DNA of 49,682 nucleotides, from assembly GCA_964577685.1 (NCBI GenBank), contig CAZNZT010000010.1, positions 1-49,682 of the forward strand, read 5' to 3'. The notes under the pieces are model-generated. The model did no database searches and was not told the DNA's origin. It saw only the letters and a list, made by a program, of their open reading frames with translations. This document shows, piece by piece, positions 18,257 to 28,134 of this stretch. Origin of the DNA: an uncultured Methanosarcinales archaeon. Its GTDB lineage: Archaea > Nanobdellota > Nanobdellia > Woesearchaeales > JACPBV01. The stretch's first letter is position 1. The number at the start of each line of letters is the position of its first letter. Position numbers and translations under genes: made by a program.

Positions 18257-19360
18257 TTATTTTTTTAATAGTTCCTCATAAAGCGATTTTAATTTTCTTT
18301 TTATAATTTTGTAGTCCCATCCTTTAACAAGCTCTTTTACTTTTCTACCATTCGCTTCTCTTAATTTCTTGTTTTTGTAATACAAATAAAAATTCTCTGA
18401 TAATCTTTTGGCATCTTTTGGCGGGTGGTATAGTACATAATCCTTAAAGACAGTTGTAAATGATCCAATATTAGATAAACAAATGGCTTTTCCTGTGGCG
18501 GCTGCTTCATAATTTGTTAAGCCCTGCGCTTCAATAGAGGAACTGAGTACATAAACATCAGAAATATTTAATAGTTCTCTTATTTCGTGAGGACTTCTTT
18601 CTCCCAACCACACAATCTTTTTATTACTCTTAATTAACTCCAAAATAGATTTGTTCTTGGGTGGTTGTTCTTTATATGTTTCCTTATCCTTTAACCTATC
18701 CTGCCCAATAACTATAAATGTTGAATTAGGTATTTTTCTATTGAATATTTGAAATGCCTTTACCATTGTATCTAAATTTTTACAAGATCTAAAGTTGGCT
18801 ATGGTTATTACCTTAAAGTCATTGGAGTTGATTCCATATCTCTTCATAATGTCCTCTTTATGTTTTATTCTCTTTGAAAAGAAGTTATAGTCTATCGCGA
18901 AAGGCAATAAAAGCAATTTATCAGGTTCTATACCGTTTTGCTTGTATATTTCTAGCTCGTACGGTGTTAAACATATCACTTTATCAAATCGTTTTAGTAG
19001 GAATAGAGAAATAATTTTAATTAGCTTGGTTGAGCCTATTTCATAAGAAACAGTTGTAAATATTTTTGGTTTATTAACTAATCCTGCTAGTAATGATGGC
19101 TTACATGGCCTAAGAAAAGAGTGGATAAGTTTTATATCTTTATTAAAAAGACTAAAAAATAAAGAATATGAATTATGAAACCTTTTGACTCTGATACCAT
19201 TAACTATTTCCTCTTTTGGGAAACCCTTCCTTTTCAATGTCCATATCTCTGGTTCCAACCCCAATTCTCTCGCTATAAGACATGGGTACCTTAAAAAATC
19301 CTCTTTTTCAAGCAGTTTAGATGCTTTGGGATATGCATTTGTAATTTCAATGAATTTCAT
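18257..19360 (-). CDS. GT4 glycosyltransferase
   Basis: ANFRSCKN, DVYVLSSSIEAQGLTNYEAAATG (E-x7-E). Confidence 0.88.
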   Translation of the reverse strand: MKFIEITNAYPKASKLLEKEDFLRYPCLIARELGLEPEIWTLKRKGFPKEEIVNGIRVKRFHNSYSLFFSLFNKDIKLIHSFLRPCKPSLLAGLVNKPKIFTTVSYEIGSTKLIKIISLFLLKRFDKVICLTPYELEIYKQNGIEPDKLLLLPFAIDYNFFSKRIKHKEDIMKRYGINSNDFKVITIANFRSCKNLDTMVKAFQIFNRKIPNSTFIVIGQDRLKDKETYKEQPPKNKSILELIKSNKKIVWLGERSPHEIRELLNISDVYVLSSSIEAQGLTNYEAAATGKAICLSNIGSFTTVFKDYVLYHPPKDAKRLSENFYLYYKNKKLREANGRKVKELVKGWDYKIIKRKLKSLYEELLKK

Positions 19361-20625
19361 CTTTGCCCAATCCCCGCATATAATATCCCTTTACTTTTTA
19401 TTGTTTCTTTGTTTAGAAGATTCTTTCCATCAATCACAACTTTGACATCATTATTTTTTAGTAATTCCGCGGATATAAGCCTAAACGCTCTATGATCTGT
19501 ACAGATTATTATATATTCCACTTTCTTCAATATTTCATTTATTCCTTTTGATGTTGATTTTTCTATTATGTAGGGATCATATGTTTCTATAATGACCCCT
19601 TCTTTCTTTAAGATCTCCATAATCCTCAAAGCTGGGCTATTCCGTAAGTCACCAATCTCTGCTTTATAAGACAGACCCAAGATACCAACTCTAGCTCCTT
19701 TTATATCTTTTCCTAATTTCGCTATTTCTCTTTTAAGGAGTTCTACAGTGTGATACGGCATAGAATTGTTTATTTCTCTTGCAGTCTTTAAGAGTTTGGG
19801 TTCATATCCTGTTTCTTCTGATTTTTTGATTAAATAATAGGGATCCACAGGTATGCAATGCCCTCCTACCCCACACCCAGGATAGTGGGGCATAAATGCA
19901 AATGGCTTTGTAGATGCTCCCTTAATTATTTCTAGCATATCTAAGTTCATTTTATCAAAAATCTTAGCTAATTCATTAGAAAAAGCAATATTAACATCTC
20001 TAAAACTATTCTCCATCATTTTAACAGCTTCTGTAGCTCTTATACTGCTCATTTGTTTTATTTTAGCATCGATAATCGAACTATAAAACTTTAATGCAAT
20101 CTCCAAACCTTTTTGAGAACAAGCACCTATAACTCGTGGTATGTTTTCTATATTTCGTTCAGGATTTCCTGGATCTATTCTTTCTGGACAGTGAGCAAGA
20201 TAGAAATCCTCACCCGCTTTCATTTTTTCCTCAAGGAGAGGTTTTATGTTTTCATCTATTATCCCTGGTGCTGTACTAGACTCTATTATTACTAATTGGT
20301 TTCTCTTTAAATACTTCTTGACTAAAGTTGTCGCTGATATAAGGCTCTTCAAATCTGGCTCATTATTTTCATTTATGGGTGTTGGAACACAAATAATTAT
20401 GATGTTACAATCCTTGAGTGCTTTCTCTCCAGATAAGAAAATCTTATGCCTTATTTTTGAATTGTCCAACGGATTTATCCCCTCTCTTATTAATCTTATC
20501 TTGTCTTCGTCTATATCTATCCCATATGTTTTATAACCCTTTTTGGAACATAGAAGTGCAAGAGGTAATCCTACATATCCTAAACCAATTATAGCTACTT
20601 TTTTGTCCTCCATTTTATTCTCCAT
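19357..20625 (-). CDS. Nucleotide-sugar (UDP-HexNAc) 6-dehydrogenase, WbpA/WecC-like
   Basis: GLGYVGLP, CVPTP, PERIDPGN, KMMENSFRDVNIA, GVGGHCIPVDP, GLSYK...DLRNSP. Confidence 0.92.
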   Translation of the reverse strand: MENKMEDKKVAIIGLGYVGLPLALLCSKKGYKTYGIDIDEDKIRLIREGINPLDNSKIRHKIFLSGEKALKDCNIIIICVPTPINENNEPDLKSLISATTLVKKYLKRNQLVIIESSTAPGIIDENIKPLLEEKMKAGEDFYLAHCPERIDPGNPERNIENIPRVIGACSQKGLEIALKFYSSIIDAKIKQMSSIRATEAVKMMENSFRDVNIAFSNELAKIFDKMNLDMLEIIKGASTKPFAFMPHYPGCGVGGHCIPVDPYYLIKKSEETGYEPKLLKTAREINNSMPYHTVELLKREIAKLGKDIKGARVGILGLSYKAEIGDLRNSPALRIMEILKKEGVIIETYDPYIIEKSTSKGINEILKKVEYIIICTDHRAFRLISAELLKNNDVKVVIDGKNLLNKETIKSKGILYAGIGQR

Positions 20626-20966
20626 TCTAATTAGAGATAAACTACCCCTTTAAAAATTTATTCATAAAGTTGAGCGTATCTGAAATCAGTATAGAACATA
20701 CAAGACATATGAATACCATTTCTGGGGATGGTTATGGCTTTATTCTCTGATATAGGAAAGGGAGGGCCTATATGGAAGTTTGACAAATTGCTATGGAGAT
20801 AGATTAAATACAAGGTTAATGGAAACAACTATGGCTAGGAAGCAGCAAGAATTGTAGCTTATCTGATTAAGCTGTATATAAGAATTAATTGTTTATTAAT
20901 AAGATTTTTTAGACACGCCTGTGACCACAGATAAGTTTATATATATCCTCTTCTCTTTTTTAGGGC

Positions 20967-21941
20967 ATGTTGAACGTACTTATTACTGGGGGGGCAGGAT
21001 TTATAGGTTCTTATTTAGCTGAAGAATGGTTAAAAAAAAACGCTAAAGTAACAGTAATTGATAACCTCTCTACTGGAAAAAAAGAGAACATAATCCATCT
21101 AAAGAAAAACAAAAAATTCCATTTTGTTAGGGCTTCAATTACTAGAAAAAAAATTATGCATGATCTCATTCGTAAGTCAGATATCATTTATCACTTAGCA
21201 GCTGTTGTTGGGGTTAATCTTGTTGTGAATAATCCTATAGAAACAATTAAAACAAATGTTTTTGGGACATCTCTTGTTTTAGAGTTGGCAAGCAAATATA
21301 AAAAAAGAATCTTTATTGCATCTAGTTCAGAAGTATATGGGAAAACACCTTCTATTCCTCTAGAAGAATCTTCAGATAGGTTAATTGGCCCAACACAAGT
21401 GAGTAGATGGTCATATTCTTGTTCTAAAGCAATTGATGAATTCCTTGCTCTTGGTTATAGCAGAAAAAATAACCTTGCAGTAACGATTACCAGACTTTTT
21501 AATACTGTGGGACCAAGACAAACTAGTTCATATGGTATGGTAATCCCACGTTTTGTTAAACAAGCACTCTCAAATAAACCAATTACTGTGTATGGGGATG
21601 GAACACAATCTAGGTGTTTCGCATATGTTAGAGATGTTGTCAAATGCCTCGTGAAATTGTCTAACATAGAAGGGGCTATTGGTGAGATATTCAATGTTGG
21701 TTCACAGGAAGAGATAACTATAAAAAACCTAGCAAAAAAAATAAAAAAAATTAGTAAGAGTAAATCAAAAATAGTGTATATTCCCTACAAAGAAGTATTT
21801 GGTGTTGGTTTTGAAGATGTTAAAAGAAGAGTTCCTGATGTCTCAAAGCTTAAGAGGATTCTTGGTTTTATCCCTAATACAAAACTAGATATAATATTAG
21901 AAGAGGTTATTGACTATGAAAAAGAGCAAGTATCTTTATAA
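20967..21941 (+). CDS. NAD-dependent epimerase/dehydratase (extended SDR; UDP-glucuronate decarboxylase-like)
   Basis: [41 protein letters not shown]. Confidence 0.9.
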   Translation: MLNVLITGGAGFIGSYLAEEWLKKNAKVTVIDNLSTGKKENIIHLKKNKKFHFVRASITRKKIMHDLIRKSDIIYHLAAVVGVNLVVNNPIETIKTNVFGTSLVLELASKYKKRIFIASSSEVYGKTPSIPLEESSDRLIGPTQVSRWSYSCSKAIDEFLALGYSRKNNLAVTITRLFNTVGPRQTSSYGMVIPRFVKQALSNKPITVYGDGTQSRCFAYVRDVVKCLVKLSNIEGAIGEIFNVGSQEEITIKNLAKKIKKISKSKSKIVYIPYKEVFGVGFEDVKRRVPDVSKLKRILGFIPNTKLDIILEEVIDYEKEQVSL

Positions 21942-22827
21942 GGTATTAGTATGCCCTAAATGCAAGGAAGAGCTTAGGTTTGTTAAGAGGGAGAATAAAA
22001 AGTTTTTATTTTGTGAGAAAGATAAGATTTATTATCCAATAGAGAGAGTTGAATATTCAAATGACAAAAAGAAAATTTTTGTTGAGATCCCAATTCTATG
22101 TGAAAAGAGAGAAATTGCTTTCCATCATGTTAAGTTACTTAAAATAGAAAAGAGCAAGCTTCCTACTTCAAAAAAAATGTTCTATAATATTCTATCAAAG
22201 AAGGTCTCTAGACTACCTAGTGGATCTATCATAATTGATAATGGTTGTGGAACAAATATATTTGAAAAATTTATTGATAGAGATATTATCTCTTTTGACT
22301 TAAAAATCCAAGATGCATATCTACCTATTGATTTTATTGCTGATTCTATGCTTCTTCCTATAAGAAACAATAGTGTGGATTGTTATGTATCAAATTTTTT
22401 AATGGAATATATGGACCAGCCTGACCTTTATATAGGTGAGATGTATAGGACATTAAAAAAAATGGGAAGGGCTTATATCTCTTTTTTTACTCCCTACTCT
22501 TATTTTGCTTATTTCTTATCTATTGGAACATATTACAACTATCTAAAGAAAGTGATAAAGGAACCAATATCTTTTTTAAGCAACCCCATTAGACATTTAT
22601 TACAGAGATTTGTTAGAGGAACAAATTATAAAACCATAATAGAAGAGATAAAAAATTGGAAACTTAGTTTTTTTGAAGATGTATTTAGAAAGACAGGATT
22701 CAAGGTAACAGGTAAAGAATTTATAGGTAATATCTTCTCTCTAGATTGGATTTATAATCCATTATCATCAAAGTTTAGTAATTATGGTAAGAGGGGGGTT
22801 ATTTGTCTTTATACCTTAGAGAAATAA
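21916..22827 (+). CDS. SAM-dependent methyltransferase with N-terminal Trm112-like domain
   Basis: LVCPKCK..L...C....YPI...IPIL, then DNGCG, LPIRNNSVD, EMYRTLK. Confidence 0.75.
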   Translation: MKKSKYLYKVLVCPKCKEELRFVKRENKKFLFCEKDKIYYPIERVEYSNDKKKIFVEIPILCEKREIAFHHVKLLKIEKSKLPTSKKMFYNILSKKVSRLPSGSIIIDNGCGTNIFEKFIDRDIISFDLKIQDAYLPIDFIADSMLLPIRNNSVDCYVSNFLMEYMDQPDLYIGEMYRTLKKMGRAYISFFTPYSYFAYFLSIGTYYNYLKKVIKEPISFLSNPIRHLLQRFVRGTNYKTIIEEIKNWKLSFFEDVFRKTGFKVTGKEFIGNIFSLDWIYNPLSSKFSNYGKRGVICLYTLEK

Positions 22828-23876
22828 ATAACCTCTTTATAGACTTTCAGGTACTTCTCCCCTATTGATCTCCAATTGACCTCCTTTCGGTATTTTCTAA
22901 TCCCTCTCTTGTATCTTTCATAATTTGCATATACTCTTTTAACCCCCTCTGCTATTTCTTTTGGATCTTTTGGTTTAATAATCTCTCCTGTTTTATATCT
23001 TTTAACAGCATCGTATATAAATCCAATCTTAGTTATCACAACTGGAAGATTATATTCAGCTGCATCTTGTACTATACCAGAACTATATGGCCCCCATACA
23101 TATGGAATTATTACAATACTTGATTTTTTGTAGATCTTCTCCTTTTTGGAGTCAGGTATCCAATCTTTTGATATTACCTTAATATTTCTTATATTATTTA
23201 TTTTTATTTCTTTTTTCAATTTTTTAAGATAATTCTTACAAAATTTATTAGGAGTACTCCCTGCTATTATGAGTTTGAATTTTTTTAAATATTTCATAGC
23301 TTCAATTAAGTACTCTATCCCCTTTCCTGGAGAGATAATGCCAAAAAAAACTAGGTTTCTTGTTTTTTTTGAATTATTTTTTTTGCAATATAATCCCAAA
23401 TAAACTACTTCTACTTTCTTTGTTTTATATTTCCTTTCTAAAAATTCCTTTTGGAGGTTAGTATGAACTATAATTCTATCGGAATTCTTTACAATATTTT
23501 CTTCTATAAATTCCAACAATCTGTGCCTTATCGTCCCGAAAATATTTCCTTTGTAAGGCAGCTGAACTTCATGTAAGGTTGTTACTATTGGTATCTTGAG
23601 TTTATACACTGGTAGAAGATTGAGATTTAGTGTATATTTTCCGTATAGGGGGGCAATATATTGGATGTGTAGTATATCTAATTTTTCTTTTTCTATTATT
23701 TTTTTGATATCTCTCTTTAGAAAGAAAGATTTAAAATTGACTATGTAATCTGCTTTAGATCCTTTACATCCAATCCTCACAAACTCAGCTGGACAATTTT
23801 TTATCAAATTATATGTAGAAACCTTTGCAATACTATCGTCTAATGGTGGGTATGAACTCAGCATACCGACTTTCAT
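22809..23876 (-). CDS. GT4 glycosyltransferase
   Basis: SSYPP, HIQY, TTLHE, FFGIISPGKGIEYLIEA, IIPY...SSG. Confidence 0.88.
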   Translation of the reverse strand: MKVGMLSSYPPLDDSIAKVSTYNLIKNCPAEFVRIGCKGSKADYIVNFKSFFLKRDIKKIIEKEKLDILHIQYIAPLYGKYTLNLNLLPVYKLKIPIVTTLHEVQLPYKGNIFGTIRHRLLEFIEENIVKNSDRIIVHTNLQKEFLERKYKTKKVEVVYLGLYCKKNNSKKTRNLVFFGIISPGKGIEYLIEAMKYLKKFKLIIAGSTPNKFCKNYLKKLKKEIKINNIRNIKVISKDWIPDSKKEKIYKKSSIVIIPYVWGPYSSGIVQDAAEYNLPVVITKIGFIYDAVKRYKTGEIIKPKDPKEIAEGVKRVYANYERYKRGIRKYRKEVNWRSIGEKYLKVYKEVIYFSKV

Positions 23877-24907
23877 CTTTCCCTCCTTATTCTCAAAACA
23901 TCCTTTACTATTTCATCTATGTCAATCATTTCCATACAACTAGGTTCTTTATTACATTCTTTCTTATAACAACACAAACACCTTATCTGAGGAATAATTT
24001 TCTTACCATTTCCATATAACTCTATCTCACTATGGGATGTTGGTCCAAAATAACATATAATATATTTCCCAAAAGCAGTTCCTATATGTAGTGCTAATGT
24101 GTCTCCTGTAATTAAAACATCACATAAATCTATTAACGAAGCAAATTCAAGTAAACTATTATCAGATCCACCATCTATTATTTTTTTATCGCATTCTTTA
24201 ATTATCCTCTCATTTTTATTTCTCTCATTCCTACCTCCGAATAGTATTATCTTGATATCTGTGAATTTACTCAATTTATTGATTAACTCGATAATTTTTT
24301 CTATCGGTAAGACCTTCATGGGCCACCTTAAACTAGCACCGGTGTTTATCCCAACAACAAAGTCTTCCTTCTTAATGCCTTTTTTTTGTTTGAATCTTTC
24401 AGCAAAATTTTTTGATTTTTCATCAAGGACAAGAATCGGCTTCGTTGGTTTAGTATTTAGTCCAAGTATTGAAGCCCATATTTGATTGTATGTTTTTTTA
24501 TTGTTTCTCTTTAGTGTATTTGCCCTCTCCAAACCTCCCTCTTCCTTGCTTCTTAATAAGCCCATTCCAAACCACTCTTCAGAATCTTTTGTATACTTTA
24601 TATCGCCATTATCAGAATATGCCCCTATCAATTTTTTCTTTTTGAGAAATCTTACTAATTCACCAGCTCTTTTATCCTCGTCCATATTTATAATAAGTTC
24701 AAAAAGATTATCTTGTAATTTTTCTTTTGCATGGTTAATATCTATTATATCATCTATTAGTGTATTAAATTTCAATAGATCAAAACATTCTTTTTCAGTG
24801 ACCCAGATTAGATTTACTTTAGGATACTTTTTGTGAATACCTTCTAAAAGAGAGGTAGTCCTCAATACATCTCCTTTAGCCCCAAGCTTTATTATTAAAA
24901 TATCCAA
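23873..24907 (-). CDS. GT9 (heptosyltransferase-like) glycosyltransferase
   Basis: IIKLGAKGDVLRTT, GINTGA..RW..K, ITGDTLALHI, FGPT, C..C....C....CM. Confidence 0.9.
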   Translation of the reverse strand: MDILIIKLGAKGDVLRTTSLLEGIHKKYPKVNLIWVTEKECFDLLKFNTLIDDIIDINHAKEKLQDNLFELIINMDEDKRAGELVRFLKKKKLIGAYSDNGDIKYTKDSEEWFGMGLLRSKEEGGLERANTLKRNNKKTYNQIWASILGLNTKPTKPILVLDEKSKNFAERFKQKKGIKKEDFVVGINTGASLRWPMKVLPIEKIIELINKLSKFTDIKIILFGGRNERNKNERIIKECDKKIIDGGSDNSLLEFASLIDLCDVLITGDTLALHIGTAFGKYIICYFGPTSHSEIELYGNGKKIIPQIRCLCCYKKECNKEPSCMEMIDIDEIVKDVLRIRRER

Positions 24908-24974
24908 TTTAATCTACCTTTTAATCCTTTAAAATTTTTAATATAATGCTTAAAATCTTTTTCTCACAAAGTAT

Positions 24975-25250
24975 CCTCCTTTACAACTTCAGACGTGCTC
25001 CGATACCAAGAGCTACACCTTTTTTGCCATGAAGTGTGCTTCAACTACAAGCATATCAAATCCCTCTCCTAATGAAGCTGTTGGGTAAACATTACATGCT
25101 GCACAATAATAAGGTTATACCCTTATCTGAAACAAATCCATCAAAATAACCTTTCCTCAAATAGTTTTTTTATTTTTTTTGTGATCAGGAAATGGATATT
25201 TACTTAGGGTGATGATTTTTACATTAGGATGCCCTTTTTGGATATACAGA
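24975..25250 (-). pseudogene. Decayed GT4 C-terminal fragment
   Basis: Frame-switching translation HPNVKIITLSK.../DGFVSD/YYCAACNVYPTASLGEGFDMLVVEA/GKKGVALGIGA/SEVVK with stops and frameshifts. Confidence 0.75.
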
Positions 25251-25311
25251 TAGATTCTAAGTTAAAAAAAATTCAGTAATATTTAAAAACCTTCCTGAAT
25301 CTCGTTATTAT

Positions 25312-26268
25312 ATGGCTAGGGCGCTTGTCACAGGCATTACGGGTTTTGTAGGGTCATATTTGGCAGAACTATTACTTAGCAAGAATTATGAGGTTTATGG
25401 CATTGCAAGGTGGAGGAGCAAAACAGAGAACATAGAGCATGTAAAATCCAGATTAAAGATAATAGAAGCAGATTTAAATGATGCTCATTCTATCTATAAT
25501 GCGATTCACAAAATCAAACCAGACGAGATTTATCATTTAGCAGCTCAATCGTTTGTGCCGGCATCTTGGACCGCTCCAGCGGATACTATAAAAACGAATG
25601 TTATAGGCACAATTAATTTGTATGAGGCTGTAAGAAAAGCTGCAATTAACCCAAAAATTCAGGTAGCCTGCTCCTCAGAAGAATATGGGCTAGTACATCC
25701 TGATGAAGTTCCGATAAAAGAAACAAACCCCTTAAGGCCTTTAAGCCCATATGGTGTTTCTAAGGTTGCTCAGGATATGCTTTCATTTCAGTATTTTAAA
25801 TCTTATGGCTTGAGGATAATCATTACTCGGGGCTTTAACCATACAGGTCCTAGGAGGGGGGAGGTTTTTGTATGTTCTAGCTTTGCTAAACAAATAGCAG
25901 AGATAGAGAAAGGTCTAAAAGAAGCAGAAATTAAGGTGGGAAATTTAGATACGATTAGAGACTTTACAGATGTAAGAGACATGGTTAGAGGGTATAATCT
26001 TGCTTTAGAAAGAGGAAGAGCTGGAGAAAGATATAATATCTGCTCAGGTAAAGGGTACAAGATTAAGGAAGTGCTAGATATACTCCTAAAAATGAGTGAT
26101 AAGGATATTAAGATAGAGAAAGATCCACAAAAGATGAGACCTAGTGATGTTCCTATATTGATTGGAGATAACTCTAAATTTAAAGAACAAACAGGATGGG
26201 AACCAGAGATTCCATTTAAAAAAACATTAAAAGATTTATTGGATTATTGGAGGAAAAAGTTGTCTTAG
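25312..26268 (+). CDS. GDP-sugar 4,6-dehydratase/4-reductase (GMD/RMD/DmhA-WcbK-like SDR)
   Basis: TGITGFVG, HLAAQSFV, ACSSEEYG, SPYGVSK, FNHTGPRRGEVF...FAKQIA, VGNL...RDFTDVRD. Confidence 0.88.
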   Translation: MARALVTGITGFVGSYLAELLLSKNYEVYGIARWRSKTENIEHVKSRLKIIEADLNDAHSIYNAIHKIKPDEIYHLAAQSFVPASWTAPADTIKTNVIGTINLYEAVRKAAINPKIQVACSSEEYGLVHPDEVPIKETNPLRPLSPYGVSKVAQDMLSFQYFKSYGLRIIITRGFNHTGPRRGEVFVCSSFAKQIAEIEKGLKEAEIKVGNLDTIRDFTDVRDMVRGYNLALERGRAGERYNICSGKGYKIKEVLDILLKMSDKDIKIEKDPQKMRPSDVPILIGDNSKFKEQTGWEPEIPFKKTLKDLLDYWRKKLS

Positions 26269-26276
26269 AATCAAAA

Positions 26277-26875
26277 ATGATAGAGCTTTTGTACTTTTTA
26301 GTTTTTGTTTCGACTTCATTTTCTATTGGGAGAAGATTGTTGAGATTATTTAAACTAAGACTCTCGTTTATCGAAGAGATTGTTTTCAGTATTTCTCTAG
26401 GGTACTTTTTGATTGGTTACGTTGTTTTTTCTTAGGCGTTATTGGAATGATTTATAAACAAATATTTTATGTGCTTTTCCTAGTGGGAATTATTTTTTCT
26501 TTTTTTGATTTAAAGTATCTAACACAGAACATTAAAAGAATAGCTTTCTCATTTAGAATAGGCCTCAACTTATATTCTGTTCTTTTTTGTATCATTCTCT
26601 CTTTTTTAATCCTAAACTTAATTATATGTTTCACACCAGTGTGGGATTTTGATACAGTTTCTTATCATTTTGCAGTTCCTAAGCTGTACATAAAAGCACA
26701 TTCAATATTCTATATTCCTTATATTCAACAATCAAATTTTCCATTTTTTTCAGAAATGCTTTACTTAATTGGGCTTCTATTCAAAAATGAAATATTGTCC
26801 TTACCTATATTCCCAGAATTAAAACAAGAAGAAATTGAGTTTATTGTAGACAATATAAAAGCAACAGAAATATAG
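26277..26875 (+). pseudogene. Frameshifted, truncated GT-C-like gene fused to the C-terminal tail of a DegT aminotransferase
   Basis: One extra T in the T6 tract 26425-26430 joins the two ORFs; DTVSYHFAVPKLY...SNFP..EMLY, then EILSLPIFPELKQEEIEFIVDNIK. Confidence 0.8.
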
Positions 26876-26922
26876 AAAAGACCATAAAATTTAATAATGT
26901 AGTCTAGTTTCTCATAGCCTGA

Positions 26923-28134
26923 ATGAAGGTAAATTTCATGAGGTTTGTGGACTGCTATTTAGGTGTTCCTCTTTGTTTTTTGTTATCAATAGTTGTTTTT
27001 GTAGAAAAATTTTTTGGGTTCAAAAAAATAAAAAATATTAAACCAAAAAAAATCTTATTCATAGAACTTTCCGAAATGGGCTCTACAATCCTAGCTTATT
27101 CTGCTATGAAAAAAGCTAAACAATTATTTAACGCTGAGCTTTATTTTATGATATTTAAAGAAAATGAAGAAAGCATAAAACTACTTGATATAATACCAAA
27201 TAAAAATATAATCACTATACGAAGTAAGTCATTTTTTTTATTTTTTATTGATACAATTAAAGCTATATACAAAATGAGAAATAGAAAAATAGATTGTGTT
27301 ATTGATCTGGAATTATTCTCTAGGTTTACTAGTATATTAAGCTTCCTTAGTGGAGCAAAATTGATAGCTGGATTTTACAAGTACTATATGGAAGGTCTTT
27401 ATAGGGGTAATTTCCAAACTCATAAAGTTCAATATAATCCCCATCAACATATCAGCCAAAATTTTATGGCGTTAGTTTATTCTTTAATTGCAAATAGAGA
27501 TGAGGTACCCCTACTGAAGAAGGAAATAAAGAAAAAAGAAATACTTGCACCGAAAATTAAATCAAAATCTACAGATAAAAAAAAGATAATAGAAAGATTG
27601 AAGAATATAAATCCAAACATAGATGAAAAAAGTAAGATAGTACTGTTAAATCCAAACGCTTCTCAACTTCTTCCAATAAGAAGATGGCCACTAAAAAATT
27701 TCATGTTACTTGCTAAGAAAATACTAAAACAAAAAGATATCTTCGTAGTAATAACAGGAACAGAAAATGAAAAATCAGATGCTTTAGAAATATGTAATTT
27801 TGTGAAAAATAAAAGATGTATTGATTTTACCGGGAAAACTACTTTCAAGGAACTTATTGATTTATATAACGTTTCCAAAATCTTAATTACAAACGATAGT
27901 GGACCAGCACATTTTGCTTCTTTGACGAATATCAAGATTATTGTTCTTTTTGGACCAGAAACACCAAAAATATATGCTCCACTAAGTAAGAACTGTGTAT
28001 GCCTTTACTCAAATCTTGCTTGTAGCCCATGTGTTAGTGCTTTTAATCATAGGAAGACTCCATGTAAGATCAGTAAATGTTTGGAAGCTATCAAGGTTGA
28101 AGATGTTTTTGAAATCGTTAAAAGGTCATTCTGA
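26923..28134 (+). CDS. GT9 (heptosyltransferase-like) glycosyltransferase
   Basis: IELSEMGS, LNPNAS...RRWP, ITNDSGPAHFA, LFGPETP, CSPC...C....CL. Confidence 0.9.
   Translation: MKVNFMRFVDCYLGVPLCFLLSIVVFVEKFFGFKKIKNIKPKKILFIELSEMGSTILAYSAMKKAKQLFNAELYFMIFKENEESIKLLDIIPNKNIITIRSKSFFLFFIDTIKAIYKMRNRKIDCVIDLELFSRFTSILSFLSGAKLIAGFYKYYMEGLYRGNFQTHKVQYNPHQHISQNFMALVYSLIANRDEVPLLKKEIKKKEILAPKIKSKSTDKKKIIERLKNINPNIDEKSKIVLLNPNASQLLPIRRWPLKNFMLLAKKILKQKDIFVVITGTENEKSDALEICNFVKNKRCIDFTGKTTFKELIDLYNVSKILITNDSGPAHFASLTNIKIIVLFGPETPKIYAPLSKNCVCLYSNLACSPCVSAFNHRKTPCKISKCLEAIKVEDVFEIVKRSF

Noticed and set aside
20640..20930. Intergenic stretch with coding-like fragments (YEYHFWGWLWLYSLI / GKGGPIWKFDKLLWR)
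   Set aside because: Possibly another eroded gene, but no family motif is recognisable; needs a frameshift-aware search.
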